Shown here: positions 18,577 through 29,770 of the stretch, piece by piece | Numbering within the stretch: position 1 is the stretch's first letter | How the letters are laid out: each line of letters starts with the position of its first letter | NCBI RefSeq assembly: GCF_000737315.1 | Contig: NZ_JMCB01000003.1 | Coordinates: 496,001-560,000, forward strand | DNA: 64,000 bases | Direction: 5' to 3' | Source: Hyalangium minutum | GTDB taxonomy: Bacteria > Myxococcota > Myxococcia > Myxococcales > Myxococcaceae | Notes under the pieces: generated by a model | Database searches by the model: none | What the model was told of the DNA's origin: nothing | The model's input: the letters and a program-made list of their open reading frames with translations, nothing else | Translations under genes and position numbers: made by a program

Positions 18577-19573
18577 TACTAAGTGATCACATGCGCGACG
18601 GTCTCCGAGGAACGCGGGAGCTGATGGGGTGCAAGCAGAGCGTGCAGTGATCGGTTCGGCGCTGCAACAGGTGCTGAAGGCGGCGACGTACCTGGCCCAG
18701 AATCCAGTGCGTTCTCCTCCGGAGGAGAAAAGCGCCCGACATAGGGCGAGGAAACCATAAGCCACCATGCAGACGGTGGCGTGGTGGTGGTGGTGACCTC
18801 GCCATGTGCGGCCTTCGAAGTGGTCCAGCCCCACCTCGTCCTTGAGTTCCTGGTAGTCGCGCTCCACCCTCCAACGCAGCTTGGCTAGGTACACCAACTT
18901 CTTGAGTGGCGTACTGCGAGGCCGCGAGCACAGGTAGTACTTCTTCTCCAGCAGCAGCCACACCTCATCGCTGGCCAATGCGCAGTGAATGTAACGCTCA
19001 GTGGTGTGCACACGCACTGCCACGAATCTCGAGGACTGCTCGCTGCGGCTGCGCTCACGCCAGGCCACCGTGTGGAACTCTTCCTTGGGGACTTGGCGGG
19101 CCAAATGCTCGATGCTCCAGGGCTCCACGCCTTCGGCCACGTAGCGGAGGCGGGGGCGGCCGTTGCTGCCTACCACCTTCGCAGGCCGTACCGGTTTCGC
19201 TCCGGGCGGCAACTCCTTGTGCCCTCCAGGCACTCCTTCCTCCAACTTCAACGCCAGTCTCCGACGCATCTCGGCATCGCTCCAGTAAGCCACCGCCACG
19301 TATTGCTGCAGCCGCTGCCGCATCGCCTCGCGCTCCTCCTTATCCACCAACCGCGCCGCCATCAGCTCCACTCTCTGGCGCTCTCCGTCCAGCAGCAGCC
19401 CCAGCTGGTACTGCCTCATGGCCCGGCGGCGCTCCGGCCGACCCATTCCGGCAACCATAGACTCGATGTACTCGCACAGTTCCGAGCCCCGCGTGCGCAT
19501 CTATGCAAGAGTCATCCTACCCGCAAGGTAAGCACATCTCGCGGCCGTCACACAACTAACTAGGTAGTATTAG
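18573..19573 (-). mobile_element. IS701-family element remnant (internally deleted, frameshifted transposase)
   Basis: Translation shows GLLLDGER, WSDAEMRRRLA, AKLRWRVERDYQELKDEVGLDHFEGRTWRG-HHH. The usual DDTG-containing catalytic segment is missing. The C-terminal tail is in another frame. Both ends carry a 9-bp inverted match, CTAATACTA (18573-18581) and TAGTATTAG (19565-19573). Confidence 0.82.
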
Positions 19574-19583
19574 GCGACCAAAG

Positions 19584-20956
19584 GACCTGAAGGCCCGCTC
19601 TGAGATCAAGCCCTCCAATGTCCTCGTCACCGAGAGCGGCGAGGTGAAGTTGCTGGACTTCGGCCTTGTCCCCGCAGAGCGACCTCTACTCGCTCGGACT
19701 CCCCCTCTATGAGTTGTGCACGGGCAACCTGCCCCGCCGCTCGTCGCCCAAGGCCCTCTCTCCCAGCACGCCCCCGGAGCCCTCCACAGGCTCCCCCGCT
19801 TCCGAGGGCGCTCCGTCTATCGCCTTCAAGCCGGGCATGAATCCGGACTTCGCCGCCATCGTCCTCCGCTGCCTCGCTCCCAGCCCGGCCGAGCGCTTTG
19901 CCTCCGCGGGGCTCCTGGCCGAGGCACTGGAGCGCCTGGAGCAGATCTTCGGCCCCGCGCCGCTGACCGTTGGCAATCCCTACCGGGGCCTGGAGCCCTT
20001 CGAGTCCGAGCACCGCGCGCTCTTCTTCGGCCGCGACGCGGACGTCCGCGCCGTACTCGAGCGCCTGCGCCGCCAGTCCCTGGTGCTCATCGCGGGAGAC
20101 TTGAGCGCCAGCAAGTCCTCGCTGTGCCGCGCGGGCGTCCTGCCCCGAGTGGCCGCCCAGGCACTGGACGAGGGCCGAGAGATCGCCACCGTCACCCTCG
20201 GGCCCGGAGCCCGGCCACTCCAGTCGCTCGCCGCCGCGCTCGCGCCGCTGCTGGGCTGCAAGGAGTCAGAACTCGTCACCGCGTTCGCGGATAGCCCCGC
20301 CTCGGTGGGGCAGGCGCTGCGCGAGGCCTATCCGGGGCCGCGCGGCCTGCTACTCTTCGTCGATCAACTCGAGGAGTTCAGCACCCTGGCCAAGCCCTCC
20401 CAGGCAGCGCGCTTCGCCACGGCGCTCGGCGAGCTCGTCTTGCCGTCCGCCGGAGTGAGCGTGCGCTTGGCCGTGCCAGGGGACTTCCTCGGCCCCATGT
20501 CCTCCGAGGGGGTGCGCAAGGCCATCACCGACCCGGCGCGCAACCGGGGCGTGGCGTTCGAGTCCGAGGAGTTCATCCAGACGCTGGTGGCGTCCACTGC
20601 CCACGGCGCGGGCAGCCTGCCCCTGCGCCAGTTCGCGCTCGCCGAGCGGTGGGCGCGGCACAACCCGGCGCAGGGCACCATCACTTGGGCCTCGCTCGAG
20701 CAGATGGGGGGTGTGGCGGGAGCGCTGTCCCGGCACGCGGACGGGGTGCTCGCGGGACTCGATCCGGCAGGCGGCGCGGCGGCTCCTCCTCCAACTCGTG
20801 ACGGTGGCGGGCACGCACGGTGAGCGTAGTGCGGAGGAACTGGGGATGACCTCGGACGCCGTCTCCCGCACCGCCCTGCACGTGCTCACCGAGGGCCGAC
20901 TCCTCCATTCTGTCTGCTGGCTGACAGCGCTGGAGCCCGGGGGCTCCAAAAGGTGA
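19584..20956 (+). pseudogene. Decayed Ser/Thr kinase fused to nSTAND-type NTPase
   Basis: Fragments IKPSNVLVTESGEVKLLDFGL, SDLYSLG, RCLAPSP, NPYRGLEPF, FFGRD, eroded Walker A (GDLSASKSS) and LFVDQLEEF, spread across frames with no intact start. Confidence 0.8.
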
Positions 20957-21000
20957 AGGCCCTGGAGTCACCGGCTTTCGCCAGAAACTCCAGGGCCTTC
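20955..21000 (-). terminator. Strong hairpin just downstream of tRNA-Pro
   Basis: Perfect 14-bp inverted repeat GAAGGCCCTGGAGT / ACTCCAGGGCCTTC. Confidence 0.6.
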
Positions 21001-21002
21001 GA

Positions 21003-21079
<77 letters not shown>

Positions 21080-21178
21080 GGACTGCCCGTCGGAAACGGG
21101 CCGCTCTTATGCCCCCACATGGCTCCAGCGTCAAGCACGAGCCGCTGGCGACCGTGAGAAAACCTCCGGCGGACGCCC

Positions 21179-21565
21179 CTACTTCCCGTCCGCCTCGTCG
21201 GCGAAGTCCTGATCGTCCGACTCGAACTCGTCGTTGTCGTCCGCCTCCTCTTCGCGCGCGTCGATCTCCGCGTGGTTCTCCGGCGGGGCCTCGCCATTGA
21301 GCGCACTCTTGAGCACCTGGCTCGGCCGGAAGGTCAGCACCCGACGGGCCGAGATCTCGATCTCCTTGCCCGTCTGCGGGTTCCGCCCCACGCGCGCCTT
21401 CTTCTGCCGCACCTGGAAGTTCCCGAAGCCGGAGATCTTGATCTTGTCCCCGCGCTCCAGCGTCTCCTTCAAGGTGTCGAAGACGAGCTCGACGATCTCG
21501 GCCGACTCCTTCTTGGAGAAGCCCACCTTCTCGTAGACGCCTTCGATGATGTCCGCCTTCGTCAT
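21179..21565 (-). CDS. ihfA: Integration host factor alpha subunit with acidic C-terminal tail
   Basis: MTKADI..., KISGFGNF, GRNPQTGKEIEI, RRVLTFRPSQ; follows pheT. Confidence 0.93.
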   Translation of the reverse strand: MTKADIIEGVYEKVGFSKKESAEIVELVFDTLKETLERGDKIKISGFGNFQVRQKKARVGRNPQTGKEIEISARRVLTFRPSQVLKSALNGEAPPENHAEIDAREEEADDNDEFESDDQDFADEADGK

Positions 21566-21654
21566 ACGGTGCCTCGGACCCCTTCAGCGGTAAACGCCGT
21601 GGATGCTGGCAGCCTTCCCACAGGCGTGTCAACCCTCTGACTTCACTCAGGAAT

Positions 21655-24066
21655 TCAGGAGCGCAGCGCGCCGCCCAGCCGCTGGTTCACCTCGGAGATG
21701 ATCCGCTGGTGGGCCTCGCCCACCTCCGCATCGGTCAGCGTGCGCTCGGGAGAGCGGTAGCGGATGGCGTACGCCAAGTTCTTCTTCCCCTCGGGGATGG
21801 GCTTGCCCGTGTACACGTCGAAGATGAGCGCGTCCTCCACCAGCGCCCCGCCCACCTCGAGGATGACCCGGCGGACTTCGTCGTTCCGCAGCTCCACCGG
21901 GACGACCACCGCCAGATCCCGGAGCACGGCCGGGAAGCGAGGCAGCGAGTGGTACTCGGGCACCAGCCGGGCCGCCGCGTACAGGGGCTCGGTGTCCAGC
22001 TCGAAGGCGAACACACCTTGGGGCAGGCCCAGCGCCTTGGTGATACGCGGGTGCAGCTCGCCCACGTACCCGAGCGCCGAGCCATCGGCCAGCTGCACCT
22101 GGGCGCAGGCCCGCGGGTGCCAGGCCGGTGCCTCGGCGGGTGTGAAGCGGACCCCGTCCACGTGCAGGGCGTGGAGCACCGCCTCCACGGCGCCCTTGGC
22201 GTCATAGAAGTCCATCTGGGCGTCCTTCTGCGTCCAGGTCCGCCCGGAGCGCAGGCCCCAGACGAGCCCTCCCGCCCGAGGCACCTCGCGCGTGGCCGGG
22301 CGCCGGCCCTGGCCGCCCTCGGGATCGCGGAAGTAGGCGCGGCCCGTCTCGTAGATGGCCACCCGCTCCACCTGGTGCCGCACGCTGCGAGAGAGGTTCT
22401 CCAGCAGCCCGGGCAGCAGGCTCGTGCGCATGACGGACTGCTCCACGCTGAGCGGGTTGATGAGCGCCACCGGCGCGTCCTTCCCGCCCAGCACCTCCAG
22501 GCTCTTCGGCGCCACGAACGAGTAGTTCACCACCTCGTTCAGCCCGGCGCCCGAGAGCGCTTGGCGCAGCCGCCGCTCGGCCTCGGCGGAGGCGGGCTCG
22601 GGAGCCAGCTCCGCCACGCCGCGAGGCAGCCGGGCGGGGATGTTGTCGTAGCCGTACACACGGGCGATCTCCTCCAGGAGATCCTCCTCGCGCTCCACGT
22701 CCACGCGAGCCCGAGGTACCTCGAACGTCGTCTGCCCGGCGCCCTCCTCCACCGCCTTGAACCCGATCGCCCCGAGGATGCGGCGGCACTCCGCCTCGGG
22801 CACGGCCGTGCCGAGGAACGTCTCCACCCGCCCATAGCGCAGCGACACGCGCCGGGCCGGCTTCGCGCTCGGGTACACATCCACGCGGCCCGAGGCCACC
22901 GTGCCCCCGGACAGCTCCGCGATCAGCTGGGCGGCCCGGTCGATGGCCGGAGCCACCGCGTCGATGTCCGCGCCGCGCTCGAAGCGGTGCGACGCCTCCG
23001 TGTGCAGGGCGTGGCGCTTGGAGGTGCGGCGCACGCTGGAGGGCTGGAAGTTCGCGGACTCGAGGACGATGGTCTTCGTGCCTTCGGTCACCTCGCTGTC
23101 GGCGCCGCCCATCACGCCGGCGATGGCCTGGGGCCGATCCCGATCACAGATCGCCAGATCGTCCGCGTCGAGCGTGCGCTCCTTGCCGTCCAGGGTGTTG
23201 ATCTTCTCGCCCTGCTTCGCGCAGCGGACGACGATCTCCCGGCCCGCCAGCTTCTCCAGGTCGAAGGCGTGCAGCGGCTGGCCGTACTCGAGGTTGACGT
23301 AGTTGGTCACGTCCACCACGTTGTTGATGGCGCGCACGCCACAGGCCTTGAGCCGATCCTGCATCCACTGGGGCGAGGGCTTGATCGTGACGTTCTCGAC
23401 GATCCGAGCCGCGTACCGAGGGCACCGCGCCGGATCCTCGATCCGCACCTTGATCGCCTCGGCCGTGGAGCCCCCCTTCTCTGCGGGCTTGGGCTCGGGC
23501 GGCTTGAACGTGGCGCCGGTGACGACGCCCACCTCGCGAGCCACGCCCAGGTGCGAGAGCGCATCCGGCCGGTTCGGGGTGACGTTCACCTCCAGCACCA
23601 CGTCATCCAGGCCCAGGGCCTCGGCGATCGGCATGCCCGGCTTCGCGTCCGGAGACAGGATGAGCAGCCCCGAGGAGTCTTCGGTCAGCCCCAGCTCCTT
23701 GGCCGAGCACAGCATGCCCGAGCTGTCCACGCCTCGGAGCGCGGCCTGCTTGATCTCCACGCCATTGGGCAGCTTGGTGCCCACGGTGGCCAGCGGCACC
23801 TTGTCGCCGACCTTGTAGTTCTTCGCGCCGCAGACCACCTGCAGCAGCGAGGGGCCGCCCAGGTCCACCTTCGTCACGGACAGCTTGTCCGCGTTGGGGT
23901 GCTGCACGGACTCCTTGATCTGCGCCACCACCACACCGCGCAGCGCCTCGCCCGGGCGATCCAGGCCCTCGATCTCCAGCCCTGCGGCCGTCAGCTTGCG
24001 CGCCAGCTCATCCACCGACGCCGGCAGCGCCACGTAATCGCCGAGCCACTTCACCGAAATCTTCAC
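21655..24066 (-). CDS. pheT: Phenylalanine--tRNA ligase beta subunit
   Basis: HPNADKL, VVCGAKN, LEVNVTPNRPDALS, RFERG, FPAVLRDLA; 803 aa; follows pheS. Confidence 0.98.
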   Translation of the reverse strand: MKISVKWLGDYVALPASVDELARKLTAAGLEIEGLDRPGEALRGVVVAQIKESVQHPNADKLSVTKVDLGGPSLLQVVCGAKNYKVGDKVPLATVGTKLPNGVEIKQAALRGVDSSGMLCSAKELGLTEDSSGLLILSPDAKPGMPIAEALGLDDVVLEVNVTPNRPDALSHLGVAREVGVVTGATFKPPEPKPAEKGGSTAEAIKVRIEDPARCPRYAARIVENVTIKPSPQWMQDRLKACGVRAINNVVDVTNYVNLEYGQPLHAFDLEKLAGREIVVRCAKQGEKINTLDGKERTLDADDLAICDRDRPQAIAGVMGGADSEVTEGTKTIVLESANFQPSSVRRTSKRHALHTEASHRFERGADIDAVAPAIDRAAQLIAELSGGTVASGRVDVYPSAKPARRVSLRYGRVETFLGTAVPEAECRRILGAIGFKAVEEGAGQTTFEVPRARVDVEREEDLLEEIARVYGYDNIPARLPRGVAELAPEPASAEAERRLRQALSGAGLNEVVNYSFVAPKSLEVLGGKDAPVALINPLSVEQSVMRTSLLPGLLENLSRSVRHQVERVAIYETGRAYFRDPEGGQGRRPATREVPRAGGLVWGLRSGRTWTQKDAQMDFYDAKGAVEAVLHALHVDGVRFTPAEAPAWHPRACAQVQLADGSALGYVGELHPRITKALGLPQGVFAFELDTEPLYAAARLVPEYHSLPRFPAVLRDLAVVVPVELRNDEVRRVILEVGGALVEDALIFDVYTGKPIPEGKKNLAYAIRYRSPERTLTDAEVGEAHQRIISEVNQRLGGALRS

Positions 24067-24126
24067 AGGTCAGCCCTCAATCCGGACTTCATCCAACCGG
24101 TTTGCGTGAGTGAGTCGAACCGCCGC

Positions 24127-25176
24127 TCAGAACTGCTCCAGGAAGCGCGCGTCGTTCTCGAACATCATCCGCAGGTCATCGATGCGGTAGCGCAGCATGG
24201 CGATGCGCTCCACGCCCATGCCAAACGCGTACCCCGTCACCTCGCGCGGGTCATACCCGGCGGCGGTGAAGACGTTGGGGTGCACCATGCCGCTGCCCAG
24301 CACCTCCAGCCACCCGGTCTGCTTGCACACCCGGCAGCCCTTGCCGCCGCACGAGGTGCAGGAGATGTCCACCTCGGCCGAGGGCTCGGTGAAGGGGAAG
24401 AAGGACGGGCGGAAGCGCGTGCGCGTCTCCGAGCCGAAGAACGCCTTCACGAACGCATCCAGCGTGCCCTTCAGCTCCGCGAAGCTCACGTTCTTGTCCA
24501 CCAGCAGGCCCTCCACCTGGTGGAACATGGGCGTGTGCGTGATGTCCGAGTCCCGCCGGTACACACGGCCGGGCATGATCGCGCGGATGGGCGGCTTGCG
24601 CGCCAGCATGTGCCGCACCTGCACCGGGGACGTGTGCGTGCGCAGCAGCACGGGGCTGTCCGCCTTCTTCGCATGGCCGAGCGTCGCCTCGTCCACGTAG
24701 AAGGTGTCCTGCATGTCCCGCGCGGGGTGATCCTTGGGCAGGTTGAGCGCCTCGAAGTTGAAGTAGTCCAGCTCGATCTCCGGACCCACCGCCACCTCGA
24801 AGCCGAGCCGTGCGAACGTGCGCGAGATCTCCTCCATCGTCCGAGACACCGGGTGGCGGCTGCCCGGGGCCACTCCGCGGCCGGGCAGCGTCACGTCCAG
24901 CTTGGCGCCCTTGAGCTCCTGCTCGAGCGCGGCCTCCTCGGCACGCTGGAGCGCCTCGGAGAGCAGCTTCTCGATCTCCGCTTTGACTTGGTTGGCCACC
25001 TCGCCCAGCGCCTTGCGCTCTTCGGGGGGCAGCTTGCCCATGCCGCCCAGCACTCCGGACAGCTCTCCCTTCTTCCCCAGGTAGCGCACCCTCAACGTCT
25101 CCACGGCGGAGACCTCGGAGGCGACGGTGATGTCCCGCCGCGCGGCTTCCGCGAGGGCCTGCAAGCGATCCCGCAT
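24127..25176 (-). CDS. pheS: Phenylalanine--tRNA ligase alpha subunit
   Basis: HPARDMQDTFY, LRTHTSPVQ, FHQVEG, FFPFTEPS, GFAFGMGVER-like motif 3. Confidence 0.98.
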   Translation of the reverse strand: MRDRLQALAEAARRDITVASEVSAVETLRVRYLGKKGELSGVLGGMGKLPPEERKALGEVANQVKAEIEKLLSEALQRAEEAALEQELKGAKLDVTLPGRGVAPGSRHPVSRTMEEISRTFARLGFEVAVGPEIELDYFNFEALNLPKDHPARDMQDTFYVDEATLGHAKKADSPVLLRTHTSPVQVRHMLARKPPIRAIMPGRVYRRDSDITHTPMFHQVEGLLVDKNVSFAELKGTLDAFVKAFFGSETRTRFRPSFFPFTEPSAEVDISCTSCGGKGCRVCKQTGWLEVLGSGMVHPNVFTAAGYDPREVTGYAFGMGVERIAMLRYRIDDLRMMFENDARFLEQF

Positions 25177-25214
25177 GACTTCGCTCCCCTGCCCCGCTCC
25201 TCAGGAGCACGGGC

Positions 25215-25247
25215 AAAAAAAAGGGCCGCCCCCTGCGAGGGCAGCCC
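25215..25247 (-). terminator. Intrinsic terminator between rplT and pheS
   Basis: Minus-strand RNA GGGCUGCCCU-loop-GGGGCGGCCC followed by 8 U. Confidence 0.75.
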
Positions 25248-25327
25248 GTTGACTCATTCCCGCGCGCGAGGCTCTCAGCGGAGCCTCCCGAGCGCTCTGT
25301 GCACCGGCCTCACGGCCGGGCGTGGGA

Positions 25328-25675
25328 TCAGGCCGCCTTCGCGATGTTGGCGACGGCAGCAAAGCCCGCGGGATCCGCGATGGCCATGTCGGCCAGCACC
25401 TTGCGGTCCAGGGAGATCTTCGCCTTGGCCAGACCCGCGATCAGCTTCGAGTAGGACAGGCCCACGCCGCGAGCGGCCGCGTTGATGCGGACGATCCACA
25501 GCGAGCGGAAGTTCCGCTTGTTCACCGCGCGGTCACGGCTGGCGTAGTCCAGCGCGCGCTCCACGGCCTGGTTGGCCCGCTTGTAGCAGTTCTTGCGACG
25601 GCCGCGGAAACCCTTGGCCAGCTTCAAAATCCGATTACGACGGCGGCGAGCCTTGAAACCCTTCTTGACGCGCAT
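25328..25675 (-). CDS. rplT: 50S ribosomal protein L20
   Basis: MRVKKG..., [30 protein letters not shown]. Confidence 0.98.
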   Translation of the reverse strand: MRVKKGFKARRRRNRILKLAKGFRGRRKNCYKRANQAVERALDYASRDRAVNKRNFRSLWIVRINAAARGVGLSYSKLIAGLAKAKISLDRKVLADMAIADPAGFAAVANIAKAA

Positions 25676-25757
25676 GACACACTCCTCAACTGCTCAGGCT
25701 AGGGAACCTGCGGCGCAGGCTTCACGCCGCTCCGACAGGGTCCAGGTGATTTTCTGC

Positions 25758-25967
25758 TTAGTTCGCCCCGTAGGGGAACATTTCCTTGATGACCTTCTTC
25801 GCGTCCATGTCACGAAGGTGACCCGTGCCGCGGTTGCGCCGCTTCTGGGCCGGGGTCTTGCCGTGGGTGAACAGGTGCTTGCCGTAGGCTTTGCCGTGCT
25901 TGACCTTGCCAGTCTTCTTCACCTGCAACCGCTTCTTCGCAGCACTCCGCGTCTTCAACTTGGGCAT
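25758..25967 (-). CDS. rpmI: 50S ribosomal protein L35
   Basis: MPKLKTRSAAKKR; located between infC and rplT. Confidence 0.96.
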   Translation of the reverse strand: MPKLKTRSAAKKRLQVKKTGKVKHGKAYGKHLFTHGKTPAQKRRNRGTGHLRDMDAKKVIKEMFPYGAN

Positions 25968-26059
25968 TGTCCCAGTCCTTCCCTCTAGGTTCGCCGTCAG
26001 CCCTGCAGCCTTCGGCCCTTGGTTACAGGCCGACAGCCGAAGCCGACAGCCAAAACTTC

Positions 26060-26791
<732 letters not shown>

Positions 26792-26910
26792 GGCAGAACC
26801 CTCCAAATACGAGAGCTTGGGCCTGCCTCGCTCTCTTGGAAGAGGTGCACCATACTTTTCTGTACCAGGGAGTCAAGAGAGGTCAGCACCTTCCGGACCT
26901 CACACGACAC

Positions 26911-28839
26911 CTACGGTAGCCCCGCCTCCTTTGCCAGCAGCACCTCGAAGGCGTCCAGCTTCATGCTCTTGAGGTCCTCGCCGCCGTACTTGCGGGGGGC
27001 CACGGCGCCCGCCTCCACCTCGTTGTCTCCGATGACCAGGGTGTAGGGAATCTTCTGGATCTGCGCCTCGCGGATCTTCGCGTTCAGCGTCTGGCCGCGC
27101 TCGTCCAGCTCCACCCGGTAGCCCTTGGCCCGCAGCCCGTCGCGCACCTTCCGCGCGTACTCCAGCTGACGGTCCGCCACCGTGACGATGGTCGCCTGCA
27201 CCGGCGCCATCCATGTGGGGAAAGCACCTGCAAAGTGCTCGGTGAGGATGGCGATGAAGCGCTCGAAGGAACCGAAGATGGCGCGGTGGAGCACCACGGG
27301 CTTGTGCTCAGCGTTGTCCTCGCCGACGTAGGACAGGTCGAAGCGCTGAGCGGCCAGGTAGTCGAGCTGGATGGTGCCCAGCTGCCACTTGCGGCCGATG
27401 CTGTCGGACACGTCGAAGTCGATCTTCGGGCCGTAGAAGGCGCCCTCGCCGGCCTTCACCTCGTAGGGCACGTTGAGCGTCTTGAGCACGCCCTCGAGCG
27501 CCGTCTCCGCGCGATCCCAGGTGGCGTCATCGCCCAGGCGCTGCTCGGGGCGGGTGGAGAACTTGGCCGAGTACTTCAGGCCCACGGCGTTATAGACGTG
27601 GTCCAGGAACTCGACGAAGCGGCGGACCTCGTCGCCGATCTGGCTCTCCATGCAGTAGATGTGAGCGTCGTCCTGGGCGAACTGGCGCACGCGGGTGAGG
27701 CCACCCAGCGAGCCCGCGGCCTCGTTGCGGTGGAGCACGTCCTGGGTGTGGAAGCGCAGCGGCAGGTCGCGGTAGCTGTGCTTCTTGAAGCCGAAGTACA
27801 GGTGGTGCGAGGGGCAGTTCATCGGCTTGAGGGAGAAGTCGTGCTCGCCGGACTCGTTGTCGAGTACCAGGAACATGTTCTCCTTGTACTTGCCCCAGTG
27901 GCCGCTGGTCTCCCAGAGGCCCTTGTTGAACATCAGCGGCGTCTTGATCTCCACGTACCCGCGCTCGGAGGTGAGGCGGCGCATCCAGCTGGAGAGCGTC
28001 TGGTAGAGCGAGGTGCCCTTGGGCGTCCAGAAAGCCGAGCCCGGCGCGTACGGGTGGAAGTGGAACAGGTCCAGCTCCTTGCCCAGCTTGCGGTGGTCGC
28101 GCTTCTTGGCCTCCTCGATGCGCGTCAGGTGCTCCTGCAGGGCCTTCTTGTCGAAGAACGCCGTGCCGTAGACGCGCTGGAGCATCGGGTTGCGGTGATC
28201 ACCGCGCCAGTACGCGCCGCTCGAGGACAGGATCTTGATGACGCCGATGCGGCCCGTGGTGGGGCCGTGGGGCCCGAGGCAGAAGTCCACCCAGTCCCCG
28301 TGCTTGTAGAGCGTCAGCGTCTTGGCGCCCTTGGCCGCGATGTCCTTGACGATCTCGACCTTGAACTTCTCGCCCTTGCCCTCGAAGAGGCTCACCGCCT
28401 CGTCCATGGAGATCTCCGAGCGGACGAAGGGCAGGTTCTGGGCGATCTCCTTGTTGGCCTCGGCCTCGATCTTCTCCAGGTCCTCGGGGGTGAAGGGCTT
28501 CTCTCGGAAGAAGTCGTAGTAGAAGCCCTCCTCCGTGGCCGGGCCGATGGTGACCTGAGTGCCCGGGAAGAGGCGCTGCACGGCGCTGGCCACCACGTGG
28601 GCAGCGTCGTGGCGGATGAGCTCCAGGGCCTCGGGGCTCTTGGTGGTGAAGACCTGGAGCTTGGCGTCTTCGGTGAGCGGCCGGGCCAGATCCACGTCCT
28701 GGCCGTTGATGCGCGCGAAGAGCGCTGCCTTGGCCAGACCGGCTCCGATGCCGTCACGCACGAAGTCCGCGATAGTCGTTCCCCGGGCCGTCTGCTTCTG
28801 GCTGCCGTCGGGGAGCGTCACCGTGATCATGTCGGACAT
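26911..28839 (-). CDS. thrS: Threonine--tRNA ligase
   Basis: TGS N-terminus, [50 protein letters not shown]. Confidence 0.98.
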   Translation of the reverse strand: MSDMITVTLPDGSQKQTARGTTIADFVRDGIGAGLAKAALFARINGQDVDLARPLTEDAKLQVFTTKSPEALELIRHDAAHVVASAVQRLFPGTQVTIGPATEEGFYYDFFREKPFTPEDLEKIEAEANKEIAQNLPFVRSEISMDEAVSLFEGKGEKFKVEIVKDIAAKGAKTLTLYKHGDWVDFCLGPHGPTTGRIGVIKILSSSGAYWRGDHRNPMLQRVYGTAFFDKKALQEHLTRIEEAKKRDHRKLGKELDLFHFHPYAPGSAFWTPKGTSLYQTLSSWMRRLTSERGYVEIKTPLMFNKGLWETSGHWGKYKENMFLVLDNESGEHDFSLKPMNCPSHHLYFGFKKHSYRDLPLRFHTQDVLHRNEAAGSLGGLTRVRQFAQDDAHIYCMESQIGDEVRRFVEFLDHVYNAVGLKYSAKFSTRPEQRLGDDATWDRAETALEGVLKTLNVPYEVKAGEGAFYGPKIDFDVSDSIGRKWQLGTIQLDYLAAQRFDLSYVGEDNAEHKPVVLHRAIFGSFERFIAILTEHFAGAFPTWMAPVQATIVTVADRQLEYARKVRDGLRAKGYRVELDERGQTLNAKIREAQIQKIPYTLVIGDNEVEAGAVAPRKYGGEDLKSMKLDAFEVLLAKEAGLP

Positions 28840-28859
28840 GTGAGAGACCTCGAAACGCG

Positions 28860-28895
28860 ACGGGCGGCAGGCTTGCTGGAAGCCTTGCCGCCCGT
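28860..28895 (-). promoter_or_regulatory. Stem-loop between tRNA-Val and the thrS start (terminator or processing/regulatory element)
   Basis: ACGGGCGGCAGGCTT / AAGCCTTGCCGCCCGT inverted repeat with one bulge; no U-tract. Confidence 0.45.
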
Positions 28896-28915
28896 TGTGA
28901 GACTTCCATTGATGA

Positions 28916-28987
<72 letters not shown>

Positions 28988-29080
28988 GTGCCCGAAAGGC
29001 GCGGCGGGAATAGCAGTGGCCTCCCGCAGCTGTCAAGGAAACATGGACGCGGGCTGCATGTCTTCCTGACCCCGTTCGAT

Positions 29081-29770
29081 TCATGGGGGCGCGGTAGCCA
29101 ACAGTTGCCGCACCCGGGCCATGACGGCGTCGAACATCGCGGGCGTGAGCCGGCCCGTCTGCGTGTTCTGCTGGCTGACGTGGTAGCAGCCCACGAGGGT
29201 CTGCCCGCCCGGCAGGGGTACCTCCGCGCCGTGTCCGAAGGCAGGCCGGGGCGTGGGCAGGACCACCCCCGTCCGAGCCAGCGCCACCAGGGCCGCGTTC
29301 CACCCAATGGCCCCGAGCGCCAGGAAGACCCGGGCAGGCAGCAGCGCCAGCTCCCGATCGAGGAAGGGGCCGCAGTGGGCCAGCTCCTCCGGGAGCGGCT
29401 TGTTGTCCGGGGGCGCGCAGCGGGCCGCGCAAGTGATGTAGGCGCCCTTCAGCGTGAGTCCGTCGTCCCGGTGCTGGCTCGTGGGCTGGTTGGCGAACCC
29501 CGCCCGGTATAGCCCCGCATAGAGGAAGTCCCCGGAGCGATCGCCCGTGAAGAGCCGCCCTGTCCGGTTGGCGCCATGGGCCGCGGGGGCAAGGCCCACG
29601 ATGACCAGCCGAGCGCGCGGATCTCCGAAGCCAGGCACCGGGCGGCCCCAGTAGGTCCACTCCCGGTATGCGCGGCGCTTCACCCGGGCGACTTCCTCAC
29701 GCCACTCCACGAGCCGAGGACAGGCCCGGCACTGGGTGATGTCCGCATGCAGTCGCTCGAGCTTCGTCAC
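29081..29770 (-). CDS. Uracil-DNA glycosylase, family 5 (UdgB-like, Fe-S)
   Basis: CRACPRL, GLAPAAHGANRTGR-x-FTGD, CAPPDNKP, YHVSQQNT. GTG start overlaps the upstream stop. Confidence 0.9.
   Translation of the reverse strand: MTKLERLHADITQCRACPRLVEWREEVARVKRRAYREWTYWGRPVPGFGDPRARLVIVGLAPAAHGANRTGRLFTGDRSGDFLYAGLYRAGFANQPTSQHRDDGLTLKGAYITCAARCAPPDNKPLPEELAHCGPFLDRELALLPARVFLALGAIGWNAALVALARTGVVLPTPRPAFGHGAEVPLPGGQTLVGCYHVSQQNTQTGRLTPAMFDAVMARVRQLLATAPP

Noticed and set aside
15136-19500. 1454-aa minus-strand ORF
   Set aside because: Only the first ~260 aa is IS701 transposase remnant; the rest is read-through antisense to the nuclease gene.
21709-25485. 1258-aa plus-strand ORF, and similar long shadows (27235-28962, 39604-41769, 42028-43830, 45681-47462)
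   Set aside because: Antisense to well-supported genes; an expected artefact of high-GC codon bias; no motifs.
28860-28895. thrS translational operator mimicking tRNA-Thr
   Set aside because: The loop contains no Thr anticodon-like triplet; kept only as a generic stem-loop.
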